DNA of 64,000 bases, taken from assembly GCF_036321535.1 (NCBI RefSeq), contig NC_087437.1, positions 90,460,001 to 90,524,000 of the forward strand, in the 5' to 3' direction. Both the position numbers and the translations under genes were made by a program. Numbering within the stretch: the first letter of the stretch is position 1; each line of letters opens with the position of its first letter. The notes under the pieces are model-generated. The model did not search any database, had not been told where the DNA came from, and worked only from the letters and a program-made list of their open reading frames with translations. Positions 25,605-39,555 of the stretch are shown here, piece after piece. This DNA comes from Camelus dromedarius. Taxonomy: Eukaryota.

Positions 25605-26101
25605 GCCTCATGCACACATTCCCAGCTGAGGTTGAAAAAAGGGACACTCTGCCTTCTGGTTTCAGCTTTCATATTCTAAAAAGTGTCCTTTTCAAGGTCT
25701 ATTTAGTGTCACATTTTCACATTATTGTGCTTTATGTTGATGATTTCATTCTTTAAAATGGTTTCAAGCACTGCACTGAAGTGCTATCTAAGGTTCCTAA
25801 GCCCAAGAAGGCCAGGATGTGCCTTAGGGAGAAAATATATGTGTTAGATAAGATTTGTTCAGGCGTGAGTTGTAGTGCTGTTGGCCATGAGTTTAATGTT
25901 AATGAATCAACAATATAAATTAAATTTAGTGTCTTCAAACAGAAACACACATCAACAAGGTTATGTAACGATCCATTGACAAAAATGTCATGACAAGGAA
26001 TCTCTCCAGTATTTTTCCAAGGAGCAAGGGTTCAGTACTCACTAAATCAGTGTTTCAGAGACTTCATGGAACACAACCACTGCAATAATGAGAACAGACA
26101 G
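25448..26101 (+). mobile_element. MER82-like TcMar-Tigger non-autonomous DNA transposon, full length
   Basis: TA flanks at 25446-25447 and 26102-26103. CAGTGGGTCCTCATT...CCCAGCTGAGGTTGAA...GTGCTGTTGGCCATGAGTTTAATGTTAATGAATCAACAATAT...AATAATGAGAACAGACAG. About 650 bp. Confidence 0.88.
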
Positions 26102-27938
26102 TATTTCCCTACATAAAGCTAATACTGAATGCATAAGTCTCTCAAAGGTGTTCGCAATCAAGGAGACGAAAGGATCTAGGTTAAACTTAGCTTCACAAAT
26201 GAATACCTTATGGCTTGGCATTCATAGTGTGTTCTTTGTGAACCAGTGATAAGTGTAATCATGTTTGGGGAAAGTCTGCTAGCTCTGTAATGGAAAATCT
26301 TGCCATACTCCAGATATACACGTAACTTTTAATGTCTCGTCCGTACTCTTACAGTATGAGATCAAGCTATCTGGGAGATTATCTAGAGACAATGTTGTAG
26401 CATATAAAGGTTTTTTGTCATTGTTGTTGTTGTTTTTTAGCATTTACTTCTTTATCATGAAAGCTATAACCATCAGTCAACCAGGTGGCTATTTATTAGT
26501 GCCAAATGGGGATCTGCAAATCTGAGCCCCTGGCTGCCTGCCCCTGACCGCATAGGATAACATGCACTGCTCTGTGTCTGCTCCTGGAAACCTCCCAGCC
26601 AAACTTTTATATGGCTGTTATGAAGGCTGAGAAATCCAAAGAGTTGCTAAACAATTGTTAGCACTAGTCACAATACTTAAAACTTAACGTAAATATTTAC
26701 AGAGCTGCAAGCTAGTCAAATCCACACTCTCGCTCAACTATAAACAACATCACAAAATAAAATTTCACAGTTTGCAATTAGATCAATAGTTATGTAGCTG
26801 CTGAGATTTGTTCCTCAGTACCTGCCTCTGTTGTTACACATTTTCCTTCATCCTGTACTTTACGTATTAAAAAGGGAACATTAGGGTCTTAAAATTACGT
26901 GGGAATTTTTGGTTCTAGAAAACATAGTTGCTATATTAAAATGGCAGCAAAATCTGTTATTAATTTAAACTCAGAGTTTAAAATACACAGGATTATCTTT
27001 AAGTTTATAAAGATACTCTAATGAAAGATCACTTTTGGAAGATCATGCTGTGTGGCCAAGTTTCACAAAATAATTTCCTCCATTTTATTATCTGAGCCTC
27101 ATAAAGAATATCTTACTGTACCTTAAACAGGTTAAAAATAAGCCTTTATGAAAAAGAACACATAGGGAAGGCTTACTTAGGTTTGTTTTTTATTGTGAAA
27201 TCTACATATTGCCTTTTCCTATTGAACAAATTAAGAAGATACAGCCCACGGGCAAAGACAATCCAGCAGTAAAAGGGCCCCCTGAAATTTTACGTGGGGA
27301 AAAATGAACTTTACAGTTAAATAACACGCGTTTCATCAGGATGACAACAAAGGAAATGAGTTTCAGAATATTCTGTCAACAGTCAGCAACAGCTTTCTCA
27401 TACTGAGAATGTCACTATCTTTAACCTTTGATTGGATTATCAGATAAAAATCAACCCTGTATCACCCATTTCATTATAATCCAAGAGAACCATGATGTTG
27501 GTTTTGAGGAGTTTTTGTTTGTGTTTGTTTTCAATTTTAATATATCAACTTGGAGAGTTTTTTTTTTTTCTTGGACATTCATATATATAAGTTTGATAGT
27601 GTTTAAAACTATAAAAGGAGATAAATCTAAGAATACAAGTCAGTAACTAAATGATACATAAAATAAATACAAGATCAAATATTACCAAATGATATATAAA
27701 ATAAATATAAAATCAAAACAACATATGGAAAAAAAACACTTACTTCAAATGATTTTCACTTTATCTTTTTCTTTTCATAAGAAATGCCAATATTTTTCTC
27801 CAAATTCACAAAAGAAATGAGAAAAACAGGTTTATGTTTTCCATGTTTTAAAAGTCTCTCTCTGGCTTTTAAATAAATTCTAAAAAGAAATACAATTCTT
27901 TGTAATTCAGATAATATAAATACTAACATGAAAATCAA

Positions 27939-28003
27939 TTATGCTGTACACCAGAGATTGACACATTGTAACTGACTATAATTCAATTAAAAAAAAAAAA
28001 AAA
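27939..28003 (+). mobile_element. L1 3'-terminal stub with poly(A)
   Basis: TATGCTGTACACCAGAGATTGACACATTGTAACTGACTATAATTCAATT followed by a poly(A) run. Degenerate flanking repeats ACTAA...AAATCA. Confidence 0.85.
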
Positions 28004-29689
28004 CTAATGGTGAAATCAGTCCAAAATTTAAGATATTTGTTAATTCAGAGAGATTTAGGGTCTACTCATCCAAAAATGCATCACATGAATCTTGGGATGA
28101 CAATGAAAGTAATACTGTTTAACATAGAAAATGATTACAAATATGAGAACATGTGCCTCAGCTCAGTACAAGATGTGAAAATCCTTTCCAGGAGGCAGTA
28201 AAAACTTCAAATTTTTAAAGTTTTCCTTGAACAAATCAGAGAAAATAACTGACATAAAGCATCCTCTAAATACTGTTGAGATAAAGAAAAAATTTAAATG
28301 CTAATTTTAAAATCTAATTCTGGGAAAGAGTTCTGCTACATGGTTATGAAACAGAATCATGCTGTGACCCAAATGATGCTTATAACAATCACTCTTATTG
28401 TCTGTAGGAGATGTAAGGGTTGAGAAACAGTACTTTTTTTCAGTATCTTTCAATAAAAGCATCATCTAAACATTTTCTTGAAGCTAACTGTCCCCATGTA
28501 TTTTCTTTCCATCTCAATTAATTCAATGTATTTCTAAGATATTTTTGAGCATTATAGGTTTATTCAAATTTATCTAGTCAAATTGATCCAAAGGATATCA
28601 CTAGAATATTTTCAATGATGCTGACTTCATAATTATCTTGTTAATTGAAAAGACAGTGATATTAGATAAGTAGGTTGTATTTTTAAATTCCTGGACAAAA
28701 GGAAAAGGAAGCATAGGGTAATGCACTTTCTATACAAAATACAAATCATATGAGACCTGAATAAATTACACAAAGCATGGTTTTAATTAATAATGGAAAA
28801 TGCATAATAATTTTTACTATTAAACCACTGAATGAGTGACCTCACTGTTAAAAAAAATACAAAAAAGTAAAGCAATGTAAGTAAATAAAGCTGCCAAAAA
28901 TAGTTTTTTGCATAGTCAGTCTCATTAAGACTAGTTCAGAGTAGTTGAAAATGTAGTTATGTATATACCATAATAAAGTTCTTTTTATACAGGTTAATTA
29001 ACTATAAGGTGAAGCACAGATTATAGGAAATAAGTACACCAATACTTGTGAGTCACATCATTATTTCCTCATAACCATACTCCAAACATTAATGAGGCAA
29101 TTTAACTTACTTTTAAAAACTTGTCATTTGCTACTACCCTATTCCAAAGAAAACAAGTTTGTACCCAATTTATATTTTGAGTATAAACATGCATCACTAT
29201 TTTTCATTATGTATTATTTTTTAATTTAAATAAACTTGGTGTTATCCACATTTCATCTGAAATTGTGAACACATAAAGTGAACAATTCCATCAGGGAGCA
29301 GGGGTGGGAAGGTAGAAAGGTTAGGCGTTGCTTGAGTTAAAAGATCCTGTACATGTATCTGCTCACATCTCTAACAATTAACTGAGACAGCAGGTTATAG
29401 CCTCTCATGTCACTGGGGTTTTTATCAGTTTTCTTAATCCCCTTCAAGTGATGAAAAACCCATCACTTGATCAGCCCAAGGATAAATACCATCTTTGGCC
29501 AACTTTAAATCATCCAGGTTCTTCTGTAGAAGAAATGAATTTCCACACAGGCTTAAAAACCTGTTACGGAAACAAGAAGCCAGAGGAATGGTCAAAATTC
29601 TCAGTCATGAAAGGAAATAGTATAATACTAGTCTCTTTTATGGACCAAGTATATAGACAAGCACTACGCATAATCCCCAACAATTGCCT

Positions 29690-29830
29690 GAAGTATTATT
29701 ATCCCCTATTATAGACAAGGAAACTGAGGCTTGGAAAGATAAAGCAACTTCCCCAAATTCACCCATACCTAGTATTCCAAGGCAGGTGTCCTCAAATCCA
29801 AATTTAAGTTTCTTTCTAATACAGTGCAGT
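29690..29830 (-). mobile_element. MIR
   Basis: TATTATTATCCCCTATTATAGACAAGGAAACTGAGGCTTGGAAAGATAAAGCAACTTCCCCAAATTCAC. Confidence 0.75.
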
Positions 29831-32800
29831 CATATTTGAATTAAACAAATCTCAATTAGTGCAAGTTCTCTTAATTCACATATTTTGAAATTATATTAAT
29901 TCCAGAAATTATAAAATTTGCTGTGAATCACATAATATCAAAGTTGGTGGACTAAATCAATTCTAAACTGTGTTTGCTTTTAATTTCCACTTTAGCTGCT
30001 TAACAAATACATTTGCCATCCTCCATAAGGATCAGTTTTAAATTATATTAGTTTGAAATTATAGCAGGTCTTCAGCAGCATGGCACCTTTAAAGAATGTC
30101 ACTGCCCACATATGCTGCCTCAACGATTTCAGATAGTTAGCTTCTGATAGCTGTTTGTACTCTTATGCAGAAAGATTTTCTAAAAGACTCAAGGAAATGA
30201 ATGTTTGTGGATGGACTAAACTTTGTATATTTTAAATTAGTTAAAAATAGTTTTTGATATATCCAATAATAATAAAATTTATTTTAAAACAGTTTATTAA
30301 ATCACCCTCTAAACATTTTGATGTTAAGGGGAGAAAACAGGATATAATATTGTATATAAAAGATGATCTCAACCAAGCCAAAAAGCAGTTAAAAGAAAGA
30401 CTGTAAGGAAATACTCTAAATTTTAACTGTCCAACTTATAGGGTTTAGGAGAATTTTAATGACCTTCCTACTCACCTAAGGACATAGAAAGCTTCACTGA
30501 AATCAAGCTTTTAAATGTGCATCTTAATGAGTGATCACATGTGAATCAATGCTGTCTTTATCATTTGCAAATGTTGAGGTTTGCTGTAAATACAGTCTAA
30601 ATGTATTTATTCAAAATATCAGTAAAAACCATAACTAATTAAACCACTCTTGTCATAACACATACAATATTGACACTTGAAATAAGGGAACTTCAAAAAT
30701 GGTGAAAATATATTTATTAGGATGTATTTATACCGATCTTGGCAGGCACTCTTCAAACTTAGAGAGTTAAAGTGGAAATGTGATATCTGTGCCAAATTCC
30801 TTCAAAAATGTTACACACTCTAATACGGTGTACATGACAAGCCTGAAGTGTTGAAAGGAAGCCATTTGAATTATCTGAGCACAAAAAAAGGCATCTGGAA
30901 AATTACCTAACAACTGAAACATCCTATTCACATGTTCTGGAATCCCATAATGCTGAAAGGATGTTCGGCAGGTCCCAAGTTTACACTAATTTGCAAGCTT
31001 TTGAACAAGTATAACAATTTCAAAGAATAGATTCTATTTGGTGGGTGTACCACTAATGAAGTATGATTTTAACAGAAGAAAAAGAACTTTAACCTTAATT
31101 TTGTTACCTTTGTGTCACAATTCCTATTACAACATTAATATTTAGTGTCATATTAAGGTGCATTTAGAGATAATAGCAGGAAACACGGGTCATAGTTCAT
31201 CCTTTGTTCTGGTCCCTAAGGCTACCAAGCATGGAATGAGCTAAATAAAGCAACCTAGCTTCTTTTAAAACATTTCCGAAAGGAAAAATGACAGTTCTTA
31301 TCAGCCAGTGTGCTTTTGCTAATGGCTTTCAGATTTTCACTTCAGGAAGCTGGAGTCAAGGTGTTTTCCGCGGAAAGCCCACACCTTTATGACTTTCTGC
31401 TCTTCCTTCTCTAATGGTGCACCACTGATCACCAGTGCGCAGTTCAAAACCTCCTCTTTAAAGCTGACCCTGTAACAGTCACAACTAGGACCTGCAGTAA
31501 GTTGATCTTAACTATTACCACCACTTCTTCTCCCACAGTTAGTATTATCTCTTTTCTCCCAGTGTTCCTTTTTCCTTGCCCAGGAAACTACTCCATATGA
31601 TTTGGGAACCAGCAGCGCTTTAGTCATTAAGGTGGCTTCTGATACTGGACCACATCAGCGGGTGTCAAAATATTAGTTACCACATGAGATCCTAAAGATG
31701 ACTGTAGTGGACAGGCACGTTCCTGTTTCTCCTTTGACAACAAACCTCCCTTCTCTGAGGAATCTCTTCTTCAACTCTGCATTCCTACTGGGGCTGATAA
31801 ACAGTCGCATCCCTAGAAGTAGCAGTGGAATACTGAACCAGCCTGGGCTACTGAAAGACTCCCCAGCTTCCTGTGCCAGTTCATATTTTTTCTCTGAAGC
31901 TAGTTTGTTTTGTAAGAGTTGAAATTACTAGAGTTACTAAACCACACAATCAGGGTTGACAACATTCAACACCCGGTCTAAATATGGGAATCATCCTTTA
32001 TGTTGGGGCAGGACATCCACTACCTGAAAAGGCTGCTTCTGTCCACCTCCACTTCTTGCACAAATTCTCATATCCACTACACCTGTTGTCATGGCAGAGC
32101 AAGATCTGTTGCTTCTGGTTTTTAGCCATTTTTGAGTGGCAGTCTCTGTGAGACTCTGCTAGCAGAGTTAGTCTTACTGATTAGCAGCTGCCTTTAGAAT
32201 ATGACTTAAGGTACAAAAAGTCCCTAACTATCTGGCTCAATCCAGGAACCAAAGAGACTAATTATTTTACTAAAGATCCATTTTTGTATGTTAAGTAGCA
32301 TTTTCCAAATATTTTATTTTCAATGTAAATTCTATAAATGAATCTAAAACATCAATTTTTTTTCTAGGATCTGTGATTGATTTCATTTATGAAATTGTTT
32401 TATAAGAGAGATTATGAAAGCATTAAAGAGACAAAGGGCTGTCCAGAAAATTAAAAAATACCACAAATGCACTTTGCTATTTCACAGTTTTGCCCCAGCT
32501 CCTTTCCAGGATAGGCTTAGTGCGTAGGTTGCAACCGAGGAATTGTTGCACCTAGAATCTGGGTCTCACTCCAGAATGGCCTGTGGTCCAGTGAATATTC
32601 CAGTACATTTCAGAGCCCTATATGGATTCATAAGTTCTTAAGTGTAAAACAGACCCTGGAAGATTTCTATAGAGATCCGAAATACCAGAGTAAAGGCCAT
32701 GAAGCTAACATACAGAACCACAAAATAGTTTGGAAATAAAATGAACAAGCCTGGTGGGCCAGGAATTATCTTGGAATAATTAACCTTGACTCACCCAAAA

Positions 32801-34849
32801 GAGTAAAAGGCAGTAAAAAAAAAGAGGTCTAATGTGTTTCTTTTGACAGTTACCAAAACAGGAAGTTAAAGAAGAGAGTTGTAACCCATTATACATGTCT
32901 ATATATTATTTTACCTATTTCTTAAATAAAACAGTAAAAAAAATTAAACACCATTTATAAATGTTCTTAGAATACAGTGTTGGGTGCTTTTCACCTTTGT
33001 GATTTTTTTATCTAAGAAAAAAGAGTTAAGAATCTGTAACTTACATAAATTAATGAGTGAATTTTTTATGCATTTGATTTTTCTCTTTGAACAAAGAAAG
33101 GAGTTGAAAAAGTAACTGTATAAGGAATGTTAGACTAAGAGTAAATTACAGATCACTTTGATTCCTATAAAGAGATACCTCCTCCAAGTCATCTTCATTA
33201 AACATATAATCAAAAATTATAAATAATTTTAATAAATGAAGAAAGAATGTAGATTCTTTGTCTTTTGAGGGCAAAATGAAGGAATTTTTTTTTAAGCTAC
33301 AGCTACAGGAATAAGGCAATTAAAACTAAAAACTGATTTTTTTTAATTCAGGAAAGAGTCTTTAAATTATTTTAAAATCAATGTTTTATACTTTAATGTT
33401 GAAATATTATAAATTTAGTTATATCTCTGTTACTGTAGCTACTTTAGAATTACTCAAAACAGTGCTTCCAAAGCAAAATCATTACATAAAATTGCATTGG
33501 ATCATGTGCCCAAATAAAAATACTATATAAATCAATTCAGTAAAATATTTTGTTTAATTATCTAAAATACCAAGAAATTCAGACAAGGTTTTTAGAGGCC
33601 ATTTTAATATATTATAAACGTGCTTAGTCTTTAAGGACAATTACACAGATACTCATTTACATGAAACCTTTCTGTTAATAGAATTATATTCTTGAAACCC
33701 ATACCCTCTCATATTTTATTAAATATAATGAGATCATTAAATATTAAATACTTCCTTCAGTAGAATATTGTCAGAATATACAATATTCAATGAATTAAGT
33801 ACTGCACTTAAAGTATTCATCAATTGTCTTCATAAAAATCTATAACCCTATTAAACTTTGTTCTTAGTTTATTTCTTCTATTTTTAAATAACAAGGCTTT
33901 CTTCTTTCATTATCCTTTTATTTTATAATGTTTCCTTAAAAACAGGTAAGTGTAGAAATGATAAATGAGCTGGGGAAGAAAATAATCGTTAATACTTAAA
34001 ATTTATAGAAACCTTACCACATGACAACCATGGTGCTAAGTTTAAAAAATTATTGCAGTTAATTATCACATTAACACTACAAAGTAGATAGTCCTGCTAA
34101 AGTCAGCCTCACAGCGTCAAAGATGAAGAAACCAAGCTATGTACACAAAATCACATGCAATTTGCTGGGGAGCAGCCAGGCATTAAGAGTTTTAATTTTG
34201 ACTAAAATTTGGAAGTTGACAGTTAAGAAGATATTAGTTCTTACAATATACATTAGCTAAACAAGTATTTGTTTGCAAATATATGAAAATATACACTAAG
34301 AAAAGCATAAAGAGGAAAATATTCTACTGGAACACAAGATGAAACTGGAAGTCTTTTAATCATTATGGTCAACAGAGATAGCGTGCCCATTACAAAAGCA
34401 TCAAAGCAGCTATAAAACTACTTGCAGAATATGTTAATTTTAATTGTCAATGTTATTGACTTACCTGTTTACATAACTACATATTTTAAAATGTTAGCCT
34501 GATCACCTGTTGTAAAACTAACCCAGGCTTAAAGTCAACTATAATGAAACCTGTCCCAAAAGGCAACCAACCGAAGGGATTTAAAACCTAGGTGAAAACT
34601 CAATGGAATATTTTGGCCAACCTTGTTTTACATTAAGAATAAATTATTTTTAAAAATCTTATCCCATTTAACACAAAGATAACTAAATTTTAAAACCACA
34701 AGAAACTTCAGATGCGGTGTAGTACATCTACTTCTTTTTCACATGAAGAAACTCCATTTGTCCTCCAAGTTTGCATGAATAGCAAAGTCTGCCAAACAGG
34801 AATTCTAAATTAGCCACAAATGGCACCTTAACCTAAACACTTGACCACC

Positions 34850-34945
34850 TCCTACTTTGTCTTTTGTTTCTGTCTATATCCTCAAACCTAGAACTGTATC
34901 TAGAATCTAACAGGTGTTCACTATACATTTTCTAAGTTAATCATT
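34850..34945 (+). mobile_element. L2 3' terminus
   Basis: TCTGTCTATATCCTCAAACCTAGAACTGTATCTAGAATCTAACAGGTGTTCACTATACATTT. Confidence 0.55.
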
Positions 34946-35509
34946 TTTAAAAATCACAAATATTTGAGCTACAACAGTTTAAGCAGAGTACAGCTCAATG
35001 CAGTGGATGGAGAGAAAAGCTAATTGCATCCTTTATTTAAGTAAGAGAAAAATTTATAGATAATATAGGCTTTCAAGATTGAATTTAGTGATATGGAAAA
35101 GGGTTACTGAGTTAAAAACAGTAATACCAACACGTTCAAAACTTACTAAAAGTTTGAATAATAGGAACCATATGATTAAATTAATTCAGTTAAACATGTC
35201 TGAGAGCCATAGATAAATAAGACAAAAATTGAGGTAGTGTTCAAAATGACAAATTAGGGTTTTAAAGCAAAAGAACCTAAGACAGACTGTACAATAATAT
35301 TGTGTGATCCTAAGAATGTAATCAAAGTGAAAAGAGTTACATTTATATGATGGCAACAAATTATTATTGAAAATTTACATTGAAAATTTACCATATGTTG
35401 GGACAGCGCGAGGTGTTCAGGATGGAGCAATGAATAAAACAGCTAAAAACCCTAGTCCTTAATGAGATTATAAATAGACAAGTGTTCTATATCTAGGAAG
35501 TTACAACAG

Positions 35510-35987
35510 TGTTGCCGGAAAAAAATTGTTGCTGCAAAACCAGCCTCTGTACCGGGATAGAGGAATTGAGATTCGGAGGCAGTTTTGGGAGGATAGAAAA
35601 GAACAGCTTTATTGCTTTGCCTGGCAAAGGGAGCCACAGCAGGCTGATGCCTTAAAGACTGAGCCCATCGTGGAGTTGCGATCTTGAGGTTTTATAGAAA
35701 ATCTGGATGGAACATAAAAGGTAATAACAATCAGGGCGTTCTACAGGGTGTTACATTCTTTTCATCTTGATAAGAACTTGCTGTTGTTATGGAGAAATTT
35801 AGAAGGGTTGGCCCATTTTCTTGAGGATCAGTCCAAGACCTTCTTTTAAGACCTCTAGGGTAAAAGGTTAAGTTATTCTAAGAAAAGAACGCACAGGGAG
35901 GGGAGCATGTTAGTCATAAGATCAGTTTAGCTAAAAGTACAGGCCTGAACAACTCAATAGCTATCTTGTTAATTTCCCACTCTTTCA
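35510..35987 (-). mobile_element. ERV1-class solo LTR, inserted next to an L2 remnant (~35390-35505)
   Basis: On the minus strand it begins TGAAAGAGTGGGAAATT and ends GCAACA. TATAAAA at 35696-35690 and AATAAA at 35613-35608. The left boundary is ambiguous (35510 or 35527). Confidence 0.8.
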
Positions 35988-38900
35988 ATAATACAGGGGA
36001 GCACTGGCTAAAATTTGGCCTGAGGCTAATGTTACCAAGGGTGCTATAAAGGAAAAGGAAACAGAGGTAGTAGATAAAATGTATACCAGAGGCTGGTGCC
36101 AAATCAAAGGATACTAAGATCTGGCACCTACCTAAAATGTCTTTTAGAAGGAAATGCTCTCTCTGTGTTTCTCAGAAACTGAAACAGGCAGGCAGAAGAT
36201 CCAAAAGCAGCATCCAACCCAGCTCTGGCTGTGTGGTGGTCAATAAATGGGTGGGGAGCATGGGAGAATCACTAAAGCAACTCAAGTGTTCTCTTATTTT
36301 TCTCCCTCCAAATCAGAACCCTCCCCAGAGATAATTCTCATCCTTCTACCCCCAGATAAGGGCTGTGTTCAGTGAGTTTATGACAGCACACACATCCCTG
36401 CAGGGGGGGAACTGGACTCATTTATCCTTATCAGTTCCAGCAATTAGGAAAACAGATGCATCACAGAACAGTTGTGGTGCATTAGTAGATGGCAAGGCAC
36501 TGCATGGTCTAGGGAGTCAGGGAGACAGCTGGGCTAGGCATAAACAAATATGAGATGCTGACTGCTTGGAAAGTTCTATATACACTGTAACTTTTAACAA
36601 ACACACATTAATAATCACAGTTAATACTATTGTGGTTACATTATCAACACAATTGGGGCAAATTAGCCAATTTTAACTCAAATCACACCACTTACAGACG
36701 GCCTACCAAGTTCAAGTAGACTGCATAGTAGAAGAGAGGTAAACCTGGCAAGCTAGCCTTTAGAAAGTTTGTCAGCTGGTGGGCAAGACATTCACATGAA
36801 TAATATGAAGAAGACTATGATTAATTATAGATTAAATATGATGGGTGATATTATTAGTAATTATTATAGACTCAGAGTCCTATAGAAAAGGAATTCAGGG
36901 TGTCCGAGACATTTCTTGAAAGAGAATTGGCACTGCACTTTAGTTCTCCTTCACAGCTAGGAGAGAAAATCCTTTAGACCCAGCAAATTACCTTGCATTT
37001 CACAAAAAAGCAGAGACTAGCAGTTTAAAATGGCATCTAGCTGGCAGAGATCCTTGTTCACTGTTTCCCAACTTCCCAGTACAAACACCAAGAGAAGACA
37101 CTACCTCAGTGAGGGTGTCTGGTGTGTCAGCCAGGCTATGATACACATACCCATTGCTAGAATCAAGGAAGACTGCTCTACTCCATACAAAACCCATGAA
37201 TCTGGAATCCAAATGCACTTAGACACAATCACACCCTTGTTAACGTGGTTAGGAAGCCTATCGTCCTTCTTCAAATGTCTGCACTGATTTAGAAATGCAC
37301 GGTCCATTCCAAAGGGAAAATCAGAAGCACATTTCTAACCTGTAAGTATACCTATTTGGCACACTATTAATATCTTCCTTTTTACATTAAAGAATTTCAT
37401 TCTAATAGTAGTGGAAGATGTAGTGAGCCACCTGCCCTGCATTCAGGGAAACTTAATCCCCACAAATTAGGTTCTGTGGGCAGGTACACAAAAGTACCAT
37501 CACCAAATAATTACAAGAGGAAAACTAAACATTTTGATCACTTTGCAAGTCACATCACTAATGTCTGATAAAATCTGAATAAATGCCTTGCAGAAAAAAG
37601 TTAGTATCAAGTGAAAAGGTTACACTCAAGTTTATTGCAAATGGAATAACTATGGTTCCTTAATAAATTTTTATCCCTCACTTCAATCTAGTATTTCCTC
37701 AATCTCCACATTAAATATCTTGATTGTTTTTTACTCAATGTTCCTTTCTCTGAAATTAAGCAATGGTAGTTGTCTGATGAAGTTCATTCGAGGCTTTCAT
37801 AAATGCTTACTCAGCAGCAACTGGCTACGCCAAAGGAAAGTTGTATACCACTAATGGGGTCAGTGAAGCCATGGACCATTTTAAAAATATGAAATCATAG
37901 TCTGAATTTAAAGCAGTCAATATGAACAAGAGCTTTCCTTAGGTTAGATTAGAATCTTTTAATTGCATTAAGGTACATCACTTACTGATGCATTAACTGA
38001 AGTACATCCAATTTAGACCCACTAGCAATTATCAGGTCAGCATTGCTACTAAAATAGCTGCTTTCATTAAAGAGCAAAAAAATGTTATGGAATAGTTTGC
38101 TTTTAGTGATATTATGGGTCATGTGCTATACATCTGGCAGAGTAAAGTATACATCAAAATATCTTAAATGAAATATGTGTAATCATTTTGTATCGCAGAA
38201 GTAAATGTGGATGAACATGCATTTTTCTTCTCCACTCATCTTAATTACTATTAATGAGCCATGATTAAAAATTAATTTTTAGAGTGATTCAAATCTTTGT
38301 GACAAAGTATAAACTAAAACTCTTAATATTCTATTAGCTTAATAAAAATTATATTTTTAAAACCTTGTGATATTACCTAGTTTTAATCAACCTTATTTTG
38401 ACTCAGATTTTGCAATTCTGATTAAGAATTAAAATATCAGCTGACCAGAAGTGCCCACGCCTTTTTGAACATATTAACTTCAAATATTGAGTGATAATTA
38501 TGACATAGTTCATTAGATTATAACATAATATTATCAACTAAATATTAGATTATAACTAACACAGACCTATAAAAATTCACTTTGGCTTGAAGTACTGGAG
38601 TTATATAATTAAATCAAAACCTGATCACACTTAGAACAATAATTACTGAGACCAAAGCATGAGCCTACAAAGACAAAAACCCCCAAATCTGTTTTCTTTG
38701 ATTTCATTTTGTTCACTTCTTTTGGTATCTGTACAGACCTGGACTAACAAATTTATTATCAATTAGATTTAATTATTAGAAACACTTTCTCATAAAGCTC
38801 TGGGCATCAAATGTGGCTTATTTTCAAGATTACTTCAAGTTCCGCATGGACTGATTAGTACACTCTCTTACTTGTTAATGTTTAGCATGTGAAAGGCATA

Positions 38901-39139
38901 AAGTCATATTAAAATATGTGCGCTTTGGGAAATGCTGCAAGTTCAAGGGAAACAGGACTCAGAGAGTGGGTGGGGTGGTTAGCCACAAGTGCCCAGCATT
39001 TGGGGGTGGAATGAGAATGCCTTTTTATGTCATGATCAATAGTTTGTGCTTTAATTAATTAGTGTTGAGAATAGAGAGCCTGTAGTGAACTTTACATAGA
39101 AGAGAAAAGCAACCAGACTTTTTTTTTTTTTAATATAAC

Positions 39140-39555
39140 CCTAGAGACAGTGTGGACGGTGAGGGGGAGTGGGGACAGATTGATAAGAGAATGTAACAAT
39201 AGTACAGATGAAAGATTGCAAGAATTCAAACAAGATCCTGACAATGGAGGTGAAAAGAAAAGGCCACATATTGGAGACTGTGGGCTAAGTTAAAGTAAAA
39301 GGTCAGGAAGAAGTTAAAGACAACATCAAGTGTTGGGGCAGCTACAATGGCATTAACTCAGATGGGGAATTCCAGAGATGCAGAGGGCTGGGAGCGGGTA
39401 GCTGAATGGGAAAGATAATGAGTTCGCTCTTTGGGCCTGCTACGTTTTTATGTGCCTATACATCTTTTGGTAAAATACCCAGGAAGCAGTTAAAAATAAG
39501 GGGTTGTTATATGGGAAAAAGTTCTGGCCTGGATAGCTAGATTTGTTGGGTTCTA
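39140..39555 (-). mobile_element. L2 internal fragment
   Basis: Purine-rich GAAGAAGTTAAAGACAAC...GGCATTAACTCAGATGGGGAA...GGGAAAGATAATGAGTTCGCTCTTTGG...CAGGAAGCAGTT, typical of antisense L2. Confidence 0.7.

Noticed and set aside
32788..32800. Strong minus-strand donor TGG|GTGAGT (similar isolated GTAAGT sites at ~49470 and ~52975)
   Set aside because: No good upstream acceptor defines an exon, and isolated donors are expected by chance.
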